A stretch of 64,000 nucleotides of DNA from Leidyana gryllorum EB-2025a. Its lineage: Eukaryota > Protista > Apicomplexa. A program made the translations under genes and the position numbers. Location: positions 1 to 64,000 of the forward strand of contig JBLWGC010000092.1 of the NCBI GenBank assembly GCA_048772705.1, written 5' to 3'. A model generated the notes under the pieces. That model was not told the origin of the DNA, ran no database searches, and saw only the letters and a list, made by a program, of their open reading frames with translations. Below are positions 1-9,440 of the stretch, one piece after another; positions within the stretch are counted from its first letter, which is position 1; every line of letters begins with the position of its first letter.

Positions 1-593
1 TGCCCGATCAGAATGTAATCGTCAACGTCTTCTTTGGGTACCTTAGCGCCCTGAAGTGCTTTGCGGATGATAGCCAGGCCCGGCGCGATATATCGACTGA
101 AAATGTTGAATAGCTTAAACGGTTCCACCTCCACTGGAACACCATTGGCTTGACTCAAGTCAACTGGTAAGACGGCTGCAGAGCTTTGACTGCAATTGGC
201 AAGCCCCTGTTTGTAGAGGTGCTGCGGAGTGGATAAGAACACTCCTGCACTGATTCCGGCCCCACACTCGATCACCACCAAGTTCCGCGACCTTCTCATG
301 GGAGCCGGACAACTGGAGTGGTAGAGGAAAGCTGCAGCGTTCATGGCATCTAAGAAGTGGGCCCTTCCGAATCCCGCTTCTCCAGCGATAAAGCTCAAGA
401 GGTTCCGATCACACACATCTGTTCGTGACGGAATGCCTATGACCAAGTTTGGAGGTGCCGTGCCCTCGTGTGTGGACCGAGACGGCATGTCGTCTGGTGG
501 CAGACCTTTCATAATGCCTTTCAAACATCGCGATCCGAAGATAAGAAAGGACTGAAATCCTAAACCCACAACATTCCGGGGCAGAGGGAACAT
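1..593 (-). CDS. Divergent Hsp70-like protein (3' end runs off the window; absent from the ORF track)
   Basis: Manual translation from ATG 593: MFPLPRNVVGLGF...NLVIGIPSRTDVCDRNLLSFIAGEAGFGRAHFLDAMNAAAFLYH...LVVIECGAG...KALQGAKVPKEDVDDYILIG. Matches the Hsp70 pattern VITVPAYF..AG..AAA / ID.VILVG and the two neighbouring paralogs. Confidence 0.7.
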   Translation of the reverse strand, partial: MFPLPRNVVGLGFQSFLIFGSRCLKGIMKGLPPDDMPSRSTHEGTAPPNLVIGIPSRTDVCDRNLLSFIAGEAGFGRAHFLDAMNAAAFLYHSSCPAPMRRSRNLVVIECGAGISAGVFLSTPQHLYKQGLANCSQSSAAVLPVDLSQANGVPVEVEPFKLFNIFSRYIAPGLAIIRKALQGAKVPKEDVDDYILIG

Positions 594-721
594 TGTGTCC
601 TTGCTTCTTTGCAACATCTTTTCTCTCACGCATTCAATCACTCCACTACCCTCCCTTTTCCAGGAGATTAGCACATATGCCAACTGTGTGTTACGGACGT
701 ACGCGATACTAAGGTATCGAA

Positions 722-2155
722 TCACTCAGTACGAGATATGTTTGGTTCATGCGGGCATCCCGGCAGGCCTTTAGTAACTTCAGCGGCACATAACTCCTCA
801 TTCCAGGGTTTCCAGGACTGTAATGAGCTCACGGGGCACACTAGACTTAGAATGAACTTTTCGTCATGTTCTCTAGTCACTTGCACAGTCAGTAGGCCGC
901 TCAGATCGACACTGAACGAGATGTTCAAGCGGGTTTGGTAATGACAATGCGTCACCAATAGCGAGCCCAGGCAAATGTCGCTTCCGGCGGGTCCACTCCC
1001 ATGTTCCATCAGCGTGATGACGTGAGAAGCTCCCCGGAGCGGTGGAGTTTGCGTCGTCACTCGTTCACAAGGAAGAGAAGTTCCGGATTGAACTAAGGTA
1101 ATGGGTGGGCCGTCGTCAATTTGTGCGCATAAAGGATGCGGCAGAGTATCTGCGAGACCGCGACTCTCATAGCTGAGTGAACCACCTGCATCTATTGTCG
1201 TTCCAGCAGAGGCCGCTGCACGGGCCAAACATTCGGGGCCGCAACACAGGTGCTCAATGGGTGGCTTGTCATTGCCGAAGTAGCTCGCAATTAGATTCCT
1301 GATGGTTGGCAGTTTAGCACATTCTCCGACAAGAATAACATCAGCGATCTCCTTTCGATCGACCTTCGCTTCTGCCAGAGCCGCATCGATGGTCTGAATA
1401 CACTCGCAGAAGAAATCTAAGCAATATTCTTCGACCTCCTCCTTTGCAAAGGTCATGCGGACTGCTGGCCCCCACTCGATGGTCACACTGTCCCGTGACT
1501 TGAAAGATTCTTTAACGGTTACAGCCCACTCTTCCAAAGGAGGTGGCCGTGGTGGTCGGGCTAGACCAGTGTCCCGATACTTATCCTGGACCAGCGCTTG
1601 GATTCCGTAATCGATCGGCATAGCGTTACCCCGCGAGTTCACATGGGATAGCTGTTCCAACCAGAGGCTCTTGAACTCACAAACAATAGCAGCACATCCC
1701 GCTGCGTCACACTCAAGAACTACAAAGTGCGCCTTCTCTCGTACGGGGACAATGTCGTACCACAAGAAGGCAGAAGCGGCGAGCGAGGTGAGCAAGTGTA
1801 TATTTGTTAAACCAGCGGCAACTGCCAAGCGGTATATAATACCTCTGATGTTATAGTCCGTAAAAGTAGGGATAGCAATAACGGTTTGAGGCACCGTCAG
1901 AAGGAAAAAAGCCTCAGCCGTCACACGATAGCGCCAGAACATACACAAAATCTTCCCCAGACCGAGTTCATCGGCCTCCAAATCCACATACAGATCACGA
2001 GGAAATAATCTCTTCAAGTCATCCTTGTTCAAGTTGACAGTCGGATCTCCAGCACAGAGGGAAAAGCTTCGACTATCTCGATAGACCACACCACGAACCT
2101 CTCTTCCCACTACACTCAGTCCCAGGACCCCATTTATGGAGTCAAAATCCATCAT
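722..2155 (-). CDS. Divergent Hsp70-like protein (NBD plus partial SBD-beta), intronless
   Basis: VIAIPTFTD..AAGLTNIHLL..AASA, ALAEAKVDRKEIADVILVGE, LVQSGTSLP, ISFSVDLSGLLTV. First ATG at 2155. Confidence 0.8.
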   Translation of the reverse strand: MMDFDSINGVLGLSVVGREVRGVVYRDSRSFSLCAGDPTVNLNKDDLKRLFPRDLYVDLEADELGLGKILCMFWRYRVTAEAFFLLTVPQTVIAIPTFTDYNIRGIIYRLAVAAGLTNIHLLTSLAASAFLWYDIVPVREKAHFVVLECDAAGCAAIVCEFKSLWLEQLSHVNSRGNAMPIDYGIQALVQDKYRDTGLARPPRPPPLEEWAVTVKESFKSRDSVTIEWGPAVRMTFAKEEVEEYCLDFFCECIQTIDAALAEAKVDRKEIADVILVGECAKLPTIRNLIASYFGNDKPPIEHLCCGPECLARAAASAGTTIDAGGSLSYESRGLADTLPHPLCAQIDDGPPITLVQSGTSLPCERVTTQTPPLRGASHVITLMEHGSGPAGSDICLGSLLVTHCHYQTRLNISFSVDLSGLLTVQVTREHDEKFILSLVCPVSSLQSWKPWNEELCAAEVTKGLPGCPHEPNISRTE

Positions 2156-2331
2156 CGCGGCACCTTCTCCCACACGGTCCACTTGCTATTTCGAATACTT
2201 TGTGGAGTTTTCCCGACAATGACAATCCCGAGCGCATATCTATTGGACGTGTGAGCCGACTGTGGGCTGCTTCGTCTACCTCCAATATATTTGGAACGTC
2301 AGTGGTGGAGCAAGGGGCCTTTCCGTAACCT

Positions 2332-3906
2332 CTATGATCTCTCATCAGAGGACGCCATGTCGCAAGAATCATCTCCTGAATGAACAGTGGTAGGAGGCGT
2401 ATTTCTCAAGAAAATTGGTGGCGGTGGGGGCTGTGGGCTCTCTGGGATCTCTGAGGGTGTCATCAAACGTTTCCTCCACTCCTCCGGAGCTCGATTCCTG
2501 GCACTAGTTCGCCATGCTGGGATCGATAGGCATTGACATGTCAAAACTTGCCGAAAGAACGGATCGCGCACTTTAGATACAGTCACCGTTAGTACACCGC
2601 TCTCGCTCGCCCCAATGACAATGTTGAAGAGCTCAGCGGGGTGACATTTCTTAAAGCCAACGACTCCCAGTTCAACATCTGCTCCATTAACACCACTCCC
2701 GTGCTCAAAGAAGATCAATCGGTGTATACCATCTTCGGCAGCAGGGATTGTCCACACCATCTTGCGGACGCAGGGCATTCGCGTCCCCGCGGCAATCAAC
2801 TCGGAGATCTTTCCACACGCAAACCTAACACCAATCGGAAAGGGGAGTAAATCCGTTTGAAGGTGCCAGCGACGCCGGCGCAAGCCCTGTTCCTCGTAAC
2901 CTCGTGCCACAATGGACGCAGCTCTAGCCAAGTAAGTCATACAATCACTGGCCGTCGTGAAGGGTTTTGCTTCGCCAAAGTAAGCCGATATTCGGTCGCG
3001 CACAACCAGCAGCTGGCCGCATCTCCCGATTGTCACAATCTCTTGGATATCGCTCTTCTGCAATCCGGACGACTTCACTGCCGAATCCACCGCCTTCATG
3101 CATCGCGCAAAGTATTTTGAACAGTAATATTCCCACTCTGCCGCGTTCAACGTCATTTCGTCCCTGATTGGTTTGATCTCGTATCTTGCCGTATACGCAG
3201 TACGCAGCTGATACATCATTTCATAAGCAAGCTGGAGGAAGCACGGACGTAGCATCCCCGCGGAAACCGACCTACAAGTGTATTGTGCCTTCTTTTCCCG
3301 CACGGCCTGGGCCTCCGCCAACTTCGCGTCAAACTTCATCTCACAGACTGCCGCTAGAAGCTGGTCAATTGAGACCGACAAGCCGCTCCGAGTATTCGCA
3401 AACGACAACAACTCAAGACCGGCACTGGTGACTCTGTAGACAGCTGCAGCTGATCCCACATAGTCACACTCGAGTATAAGAACTTGTGTCGGGCTCGAAC
3501 AAGACTTCCATCGGAAGTTGGCCTCTGCCGCCATCGTGGTGAGAAAGTGAATGGAGCTGAAACCAGCAGCCGTAAGAGCGTATCGAAGCAAATGACGAGT
3601 GTGGTAGTCGGTAAAGACTGGAATCGTTACAACGGCATTGCAGACGTGTCGCTGAGCTGTCTGCTCTGCTGCGAGTCGCATACGCTGTAGTGATCTGATA
3701 CACAATTTGATTTCCGGAGAATCCATTGCCTCTAGAGTCGTATGACGGTTGATAGCAAAGGTTTGCTTATAGAGCTGCTGGAACACTCCGAAGTCCAACG
3801 ACTCATCGTCTCGATAATCCACCAATGCTCGGTAAATTTCATCCTGATAGAGTGCGACGTACACCTGTTTGCCACAAATACCAACCCCGAACGTAATCTC
3901 CGACAT
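2332..3906 (-). CDS. Divergent Hsp70-like protein, intronless
   Basis: NAVVTIPVFTD..AAGFSSIHFL, AVKSSGLQKSDIQEIVTIG, TDLLPFPIGV, LIAAGTRMP, SESGVLTV. First ATG at 3906. Confidence 0.8.
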   Translation of the reverse strand: MSEITFGVGICGKQVYVALYQDEIYRALVDYRDDESLDFGVFQQLYKQTFAINRHTTLEAMDSPEIKLCIRSLQRMRLAAEQTAQRHVCNAVVTIPVFTDYHTRHLLRYALTAAGFSSIHFLTTMAAEANFRWKSCSSPTQVLILECDYVGSAAAVYRVTSAGLELLSFANTRSGLSVSIDQLLAAVCEMKFDAKLAEAQAVREKKAQYTCRSVSAGMLRPCFLQLAYEMMYQLRTAYTARYEIKPIRDEMTLNAAEWEYYCSKYFARCMKAVDSAVKSSGLQKSDIQEIVTIGRCGQLLVVRDRISAYFGEAKPFTTASDCMTYLARAASIVARGYEEQGLRRRRWHLQTDLLPFPIGVRFACGKISELIAAGTRMPCVRKMVWTIPAAEDGIHRLIFFEHGSGVNGADVELGVVGFKKCHPAELFNIVIGASESGVLTVTVSKVRDPFFRQVLTCQCLSIPAWRTSARNRAPEEWRKRLMTPSEIPESPQPPPPPIFLRNTPPTTVHSGDDSCDMASSDERS

Positions 3907-4232
3907 GTCCAAATGGGAACTTTGACAGGATAGTTGACATCGAGACCACTCGGTTTTCCAGAAATGCAGCCAGCAGTACTGGATAGCATCGTCGTCCTAC
4001 GTAAGGGTGTAGCGGGCACTGAGCCATCGTTAAACTTCAGCTAGTCGACATCAGCGATAACAGACGTGTTGCGGATGCGTTGGCTTGTCATGGCCGTATG
4101 AAGGGTCGGATTGCCCATCTTTGTTGGCTATGGTAGTGAGTGACAAGGGCGTGCCCAAACATGTGCGTAGCATGTAGACAAACGGTGACATCAAGTTTTA
4201 GTAACGAATTTTGGGTGGCAGATCCGAAAAGA

Positions 4233-6325
4233 ATGTCAGCGGCGAGGACGGGGGAACGACAATGTCAGGCCGACAGAATTCATTCTATACAATGGTATAT
4301 ATGGGACCAGGTTCTGCAGTACTTGACGGTATCTGACTTGGTCATGGTTGCGCGGGCCAGCAAAACGTTGGAGGCTTTCTTAACCGAGAAACTGGCCTCA
4401 CGTTATGTGCGAATAAGCGTAGAAGACGTGCTGATGTATCGACCAGATAAGCAGTCGTGGTGGAATGAATGGTTGGCTCGCTCCAGTAAAGTAATGAGAG
4501 TGTTGGTTATTGACGACCGATCGAAGAAATGTCCGGCGCTGAACTGCATATTCAGTCAGTTCTTCAACGACCACGATTTTCCACATTTAAGTGAATGTGT
4601 AGTATGTTTACGTCGTCTGAGCAATGAACTCACTCGTAAGAGTCTGTGCTTCCCTGAATTGGAATGGCTTCAATTAATGGGAGATTACAGTCAATTCCAA
4701 GTTGACATTGAAGCACCGAAATTGAGATCACTAGTAGCTTCATCAGAGTGGTTGGGATCGAATCTCGGGAAGCTATCTATTCCGGATGACGCGACTGTCG
4801 TAGAGCTCGGACTAAATTACCGCAGACCTCACAACAGCGAACGAGTGGACTATATTATCGGACCTCGTTTACTGCAGGACCGTCTGGACTGGATTTACCG
4901 GTTGAGACGGGATCCAAGGTCGTCGTTGTCGTCCAAGTCGTCGGTTCGCCCCGTCCTTTTCCGCTATGAGGTCCGAGACTTGATTTCTGACCTCGATTGG
5001 GAGGATCTGGAGGAGATAAGTGACTGGTGGCCCAACACGGAGAGGTGAGCTGTCCTTTGTGTGTGTGCGTGTGTGCGAGCGAGGGTGGGCTGCCCGTCCC
5101 ATTTCTTTGGTGCGATGTGCTCCACGGCCAGTGTGATTCTGTTTTTAGGTACCGCGAGCTGTTGCAGAGGTTTGTTAGTCGTCTGCGAGACTATATGGCG
5201 AGGAACATTCCTCCGCCAGTGTATCGAGCTCTGGGAAACCGGCGCGAGTTTCGGTATGTTGAGAGCGGCAATCTGAAACGTCGCATAACTGCCCCTGCAT
5301 GGGAACGGCTGTGTCGTACGCGCGATTTTGACGGACTGCCACTGTGGGTCGAGGCTGTCCCTCTATGCGACTTTGCCGACAACCCTCATGGACCTGACGG
5401 TACCAATTTGTCAATGTCGGTTAGTAGTTCAACCAGTGCAGTTGAACTGCGCAAAGTGAAGAAGGAGTGGGTGTTGGTCCCTCGTTTACCACATCCGTGG
5501 GTCAAGCGGAACATAAAGCGTTTGGAGCTCCACGACGGATTCGTCTATGAGTGTTTCCATACTCATGTTTTGGGCGACAGCCCGAGACCCCCTCCATATC
5601 TGCCTGATTCGTGGGTGGTGGTGTGGGAGCGTCAGACCTGTTCGGCGACGGTTGACAATGACTGTTTGGTGGTTGGACACACTTTGATGGACAGCGCCCG
5701 ATATCGCGAGGCATTACAATATCTGCGAGTCAAATATGTCATTGTCACAAAGACGCCCGACACAGCTCTGGCTTTGTTCTGGTCTTATTTGGCGTTGTAT
5801 GCCATATGGAGGTCAGGGGGAGACGTCGTCCGTATGGTTTTCCGGGCCATAGGCTACTTTAATTGGCCGTGGTCTGAGGTTATCTACGAGATGGTCTCGG
5901 GCCGTTTTACAGAATCCCTTTTCACGACTTTGTTGGAGACAGTGGGTCTGGACCACCTTCAGACCGAGTTGCTCGAGTGCGCAATGAGTAATTATCCTTA
6001 TCTACCGCCCTGGCCTTATACGGCCAGGAACGCGGCGCCTCGTAAAGCCGCTGATGAGAGCTCGATGGCCGTCAGCCATCTGAGCGGCGATCAGAAATTC
6101 GCTTTCAATCAATGGTATCAAAGACTGATGGCTGTGTTGCCGATTGAAGCATATCCTGTGCGGCAGTGCAGATACCCTATCCAATTCGGTCGGATGCGTG
6201 ACACCTCTCAGTGGTTCGACACTAAGCTACGAACAGGAGCGTATGATGAGTTACGTGATTGGAATGTGCCGTTCACTCTGCCTGTTGGTACCGTCACACC
6301 TCCCGCTCATCATCTGTGCGAATAA
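4233..6325 (+). CDS. F-box / LRR-like protein, 2 exons (4233-5044, 5149-6325)
   Basis: F-box-like IQWYIWDQVLQYLTVSDLVMVARASKTL; LRR-like FPHLSE, FPELEWL, APKLRSL. The intron GTGAGC(5045)...TTTTTAG(5148) joins ORFs 4140-5048 and 5027-6325 exactly in frame. Confidence 0.65.
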
Positions 6326-6385
6326 AATATTATCAGTAGCTAGCCAACAAGAACAACAGACTTTTTTCCCCCACAAAACAAACCA

Positions 6386-7759
6386 ATGGGCACTTCTGTC
6401 CGTCTCCTGTCTCCTCGGCAACACTCCACGACCACAAGTCACTGGGCGTTGTTCTCGGTTCTTTTCGCCCAACAGCCTGCGTTCCCTTCCGAGAATGCGT
6501 TGGCTCTGTATGGGTCGACTTCCCGCTATCGGGACAAATACCGTCCAGAAACGACTAACATCGGGACGATGCAGGACCAACGGATGGGGGGCACTTTTCA
6601 CTGGAAGTGGTATAAGGTGTCGGGGCAGCTGCGCAAACTCGGGGTCAAACACGTTGGGTGCGAATGGCTGGACCGTGGGGGTAGCATGCCCGCCCATCGG
6701 GTGACCTTTATCGTCTGCGATAAAGGAGTCGATCCGAGAAGGATCCGCGATGAGAATATCGTGGCTGAGGTGCAAAAGGATGTGCTTTCGAGAAAGAATG
6801 CGCAGGATCCAAAAGTCATTGCGGAGCGACGAATTGCGCACGTCGTCAGGGGACTCTCCTCATCGGCTGGCAACCCTCACTTCAGATGGCAGATGGAGCT
6901 GTGGTGTCAATATGGCGGGGTATCTTTGACTGAGGCCGAGCTCAAGACTCTCCGGTATCAGAAACTGATACACAATCTGGCGCGGATTATCCATCGGGAG
7001 TATGACCCGTTTGTGAATGATCCGTGCTGTAAGAGAGCGCAGTCACTTGTGAAGAAGCTCAAGAAGACCTTTTCTAAGATACCATCGCGCGTCGGAAGGC
7101 CCGCCGACTCGGAGAAGGCGTTGGATTCCATCTTGGGTTTCATCTCCGACCACTTCAGGTGCAACAGCGCAGGCAAGCTGAGACTCTTAGTCCCGCCTGG
7201 GGAGAAGACAGAAGTGTCAGTGGGTATGAAAGAGATGATTTGGAAGAATCCCCAGACTTACGGTTATGACATCAACAGCTGGAGCGACGAATTACACAAA
7301 CCGGACTCCCTTGGCGACACTCGCTGGGACATTGTGCGGGAGAAGGTTTTTGGGTCTCAGAAATACGCACCCGCAGTGGACTGGTCTCACCACCCCAATT
7401 GGCCGTGTACACTCCTCGAGCTCACTGAGCGACTATTCTCTGTATTTTGGTCAAAGCTCAGAAAACGAAGGCTGTGGCGAGTGGTGCGACGACACAACTC
7501 TGTCGCCCATCCGTTCTGTTTCCAACCTATACTGGAAGACGACAGTCGGTTGCAGCACTTCTTTGACCAATCGAATGCGACTCAGGTCGCTGACTCCACG
7601 TCCCAACCTTCTTCGTCTTCTTCCACTCAGAGAAGAGTATCGCTTCCATTGCCAGCGGCGGCGCCTAGGAGAGTGCGTGCATATAGTGAGAGCGTCACAT
7701 CTCTGAGTGCCAGAAAAGCGGCTGCCGGATCTCGGCCTGTGTATGTGTCTGAACAGTGA
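6386..7759 (+). CDS. Hypothetical protein, tandem family member 1
   Basis: 457-aa intronless ORF sharing many motifs with the next two ORFs. Confidence 0.85.
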   Translation: MGTSVRLLSPRQHSTTTSHWALFSVLFAQQPAFPSENALALYGSTSRYRDKYRPETTNIGTMQDQRMGGTFHWKWYKVSGQLRKLGVKHVGCEWLDRGGSMPAHRVTFIVCDKGVDPRRIRDENIVAEVQKDVLSRKNAQDPKVIAERRIAHVVRGLSSSAGNPHFRWQMELWCQYGGVSLTEAELKTLRYQKLIHNLARIIHREYDPFVNDPCCKRAQSLVKKLKKTFSKIPSRVGRPADSEKALDSILGFISDHFRCNSAGKLRLLVPPGEKTEVSVGMKEMIWKNPQTYGYDINSWSDELHKPDSLGDTRWDIVREKVFGSQKYAPAVDWSHHPNWPCTLLELTERLFSVFWSKLRKRRLWRVVRRHNSVAHPFCFQPILEDDSRLQHFFDQSNATQVADSTSQPSSSSSTQRRVSLPLPAAAPRRVRAYSESVTSLSARKAAAGSRPVYVSEQ

Positions 7760-7865
7760 GACTCGCGAGAGAGAATGCGACAAGTCGGTGCGGCGGAGGA
7801 GGTGTCCGCGAAAGACATTGTTTATCAATTTTACTCGTCGGTCGAGACACTTTTTTTCCGCCACA

Positions 7866-9146
7866 ATGTGCACAGCTGTCCGTTATCAACCTGAACAGCG
7901 TTCCTCCACAACGAGCCACCACTCAGCTCTGCTGCTTCCGGCTCTCGTCGCTCAGCCCGCCACCGTTGCGCAGCCGTTGGCTCTGTTTGGGTCGAGCGCG
8001 CAGGATCGGGACAAATACCGTCCGCAAACGACCAATTGGGGTGAGAGGGAGTTGCCAAACGGGGGAGGCACTCACTACTGGAGGTGGTTTGAAGTTCCAG
8101 AGGAGTTGGCGGAAATGGGGGTCAAACACGTGGGATCAGAGTGGCTCTATTTCGGAGAGGAACTCGGGTATCAAGTGACCTTCGTCGTTGGTGATAAGGG
8201 GTTCAACCCCAAATCAATACCGACCGAGAAGGTCTCAGAGGTTTTGGAACGACGGATTACCTCAACGGCTGAAGATAAGGACCGTAAGATGAGAAAGGAA
8301 CGAAAAGTGGCCCACGTCATTCGGCCACTGTCCTCTTCTCTCAAGAATCGCTGGTTCAGATGGCAGATGGAGACTTGGTTCAGACATGGCAAAAATCCTT
8401 TCGCTCTCGACTCGGACGATACCCACGCTGTTCGTTACCAAAAGTTGGTACACAATCTCGCGAAAATCGTACACAACGAATTTGACCCCTGGGTGGACAA
8501 CCCATGTTGTGAGGAAGCCCGTCCACTCTTTAAGCGGATCAAACAAGTTTTCTCTGGGATATCGTCACACGTTGGAAGCGCGTCCGATACCAATAGGGCG
8601 TGCCGCGCGATTAAGGAATTCGCGCCCGGCGGGCCAGAGCTGCTCGACAAGAACGGGACACCAATCCCAGGCACTGAAGCCTCGCAACAGGAGACGTCTT
8701 TCATTCAAGTAGATCAACCCGACTTTGGAGTTGACGTTGACCTTCGCAGCAATGAATTGGACAAACCAGAATCGCTCCCCACTTCTCCATGGGAGCTCGT
8801 TCAGGACCACTTGGGCTTCCGGAAAGGCGTTCCAAAAGTCGAGTGGAAACACGACGGTCAGCCCTGTATGCTTATCCCCACCACTCAGCGACTTTTCTCT
8901 GTCTTCCGATCTAAGCTCAGACAGCGTCTCAAGTGGCAGCTGGCAACCCAACCGTCGCGTGTCGCCCATCCCTTCTATCTGCCGCTGCCCGCACCCACAA
9001 CGACAAGCCGGGCCGAATCGACCTCAGTTTCTCAAGGGGGGTCGGGTCACAGTAGTTCGCTTGAGGGACCCACAACAGAATCCCAGCCCACTATCGAAGG
9101 CTCCCGCGTGATCCCCTCTGCCGACGTCCCGTCAACATCACTCTGA
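7866..9146 (+). CDS. Hypothetical protein, tandem family member 2
   Basis: ATG 7866 (MCTAVR..STTSH aligns with MGTSVR..TTTSH of member 1); shared motifs. Confidence 0.85.
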   Translation: MCTAVRYQPEQRSSTTSHHSALLLPALVAQPATVAQPLALFGSSAQDRDKYRPQTTNWGERELPNGGGTHYWRWFEVPEELAEMGVKHVGSEWLYFGEELGYQVTFVVGDKGFNPKSIPTEKVSEVLERRITSTAEDKDRKMRKERKVAHVIRPLSSSLKNRWFRWQMETWFRHGKNPFALDSDDTHAVRYQKLVHNLAKIVHNEFDPWVDNPCCEEARPLFKRIKQVFSGISSHVGSASDTNRACRAIKEFAPGGPELLDKNGTPIPGTEASQQETSFIQVDQPDFGVDVDLRSNELDKPESLPTSPWELVQDHLGFRKGVPKVEWKHDGQPCMLIPTTQRLFSVFRSKLRQRLKWQLATQPSRVAHPFYLPLPAPTTTSRAESTSVSQGGSGHSSSLEGPTTESQPTIEGSRVIPSADVPSTSL

Positions 9147-9196
9147 TGGGGGGGATGATTCAATGATAGTGTCCGCCCGCCCAAAAGTGTCTGTTG

Positions 9197-9222
9197 GGCT
9201 GGCTGGCTGGCTGGCTGGCTGG
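9197..9222. repeat. (GGCT)6 microsatellite
   Basis: Directly visible between family members 2 and 3. Confidence 0.9.
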
Positions 9223-9440
9223 GGTATGTCGGACGGATCGACCGCTGAAGCCACCTTAGTTAGATTTCTTTCAGTTGTGGCTGACGAATGCAAATGTCGG
9301 CATCATCGGCCGGAAAGAGCTCTTTGAAAAGTATCTGTGGCCAAATATCGTTTCATCAATGGTTAATTTTGATGCAATGCCAGGAAGATCGGTCCCGGTC
9401 GCAATTAGTCGGTCAGTCTTTTTTTTTCTCAAATTGAGTG

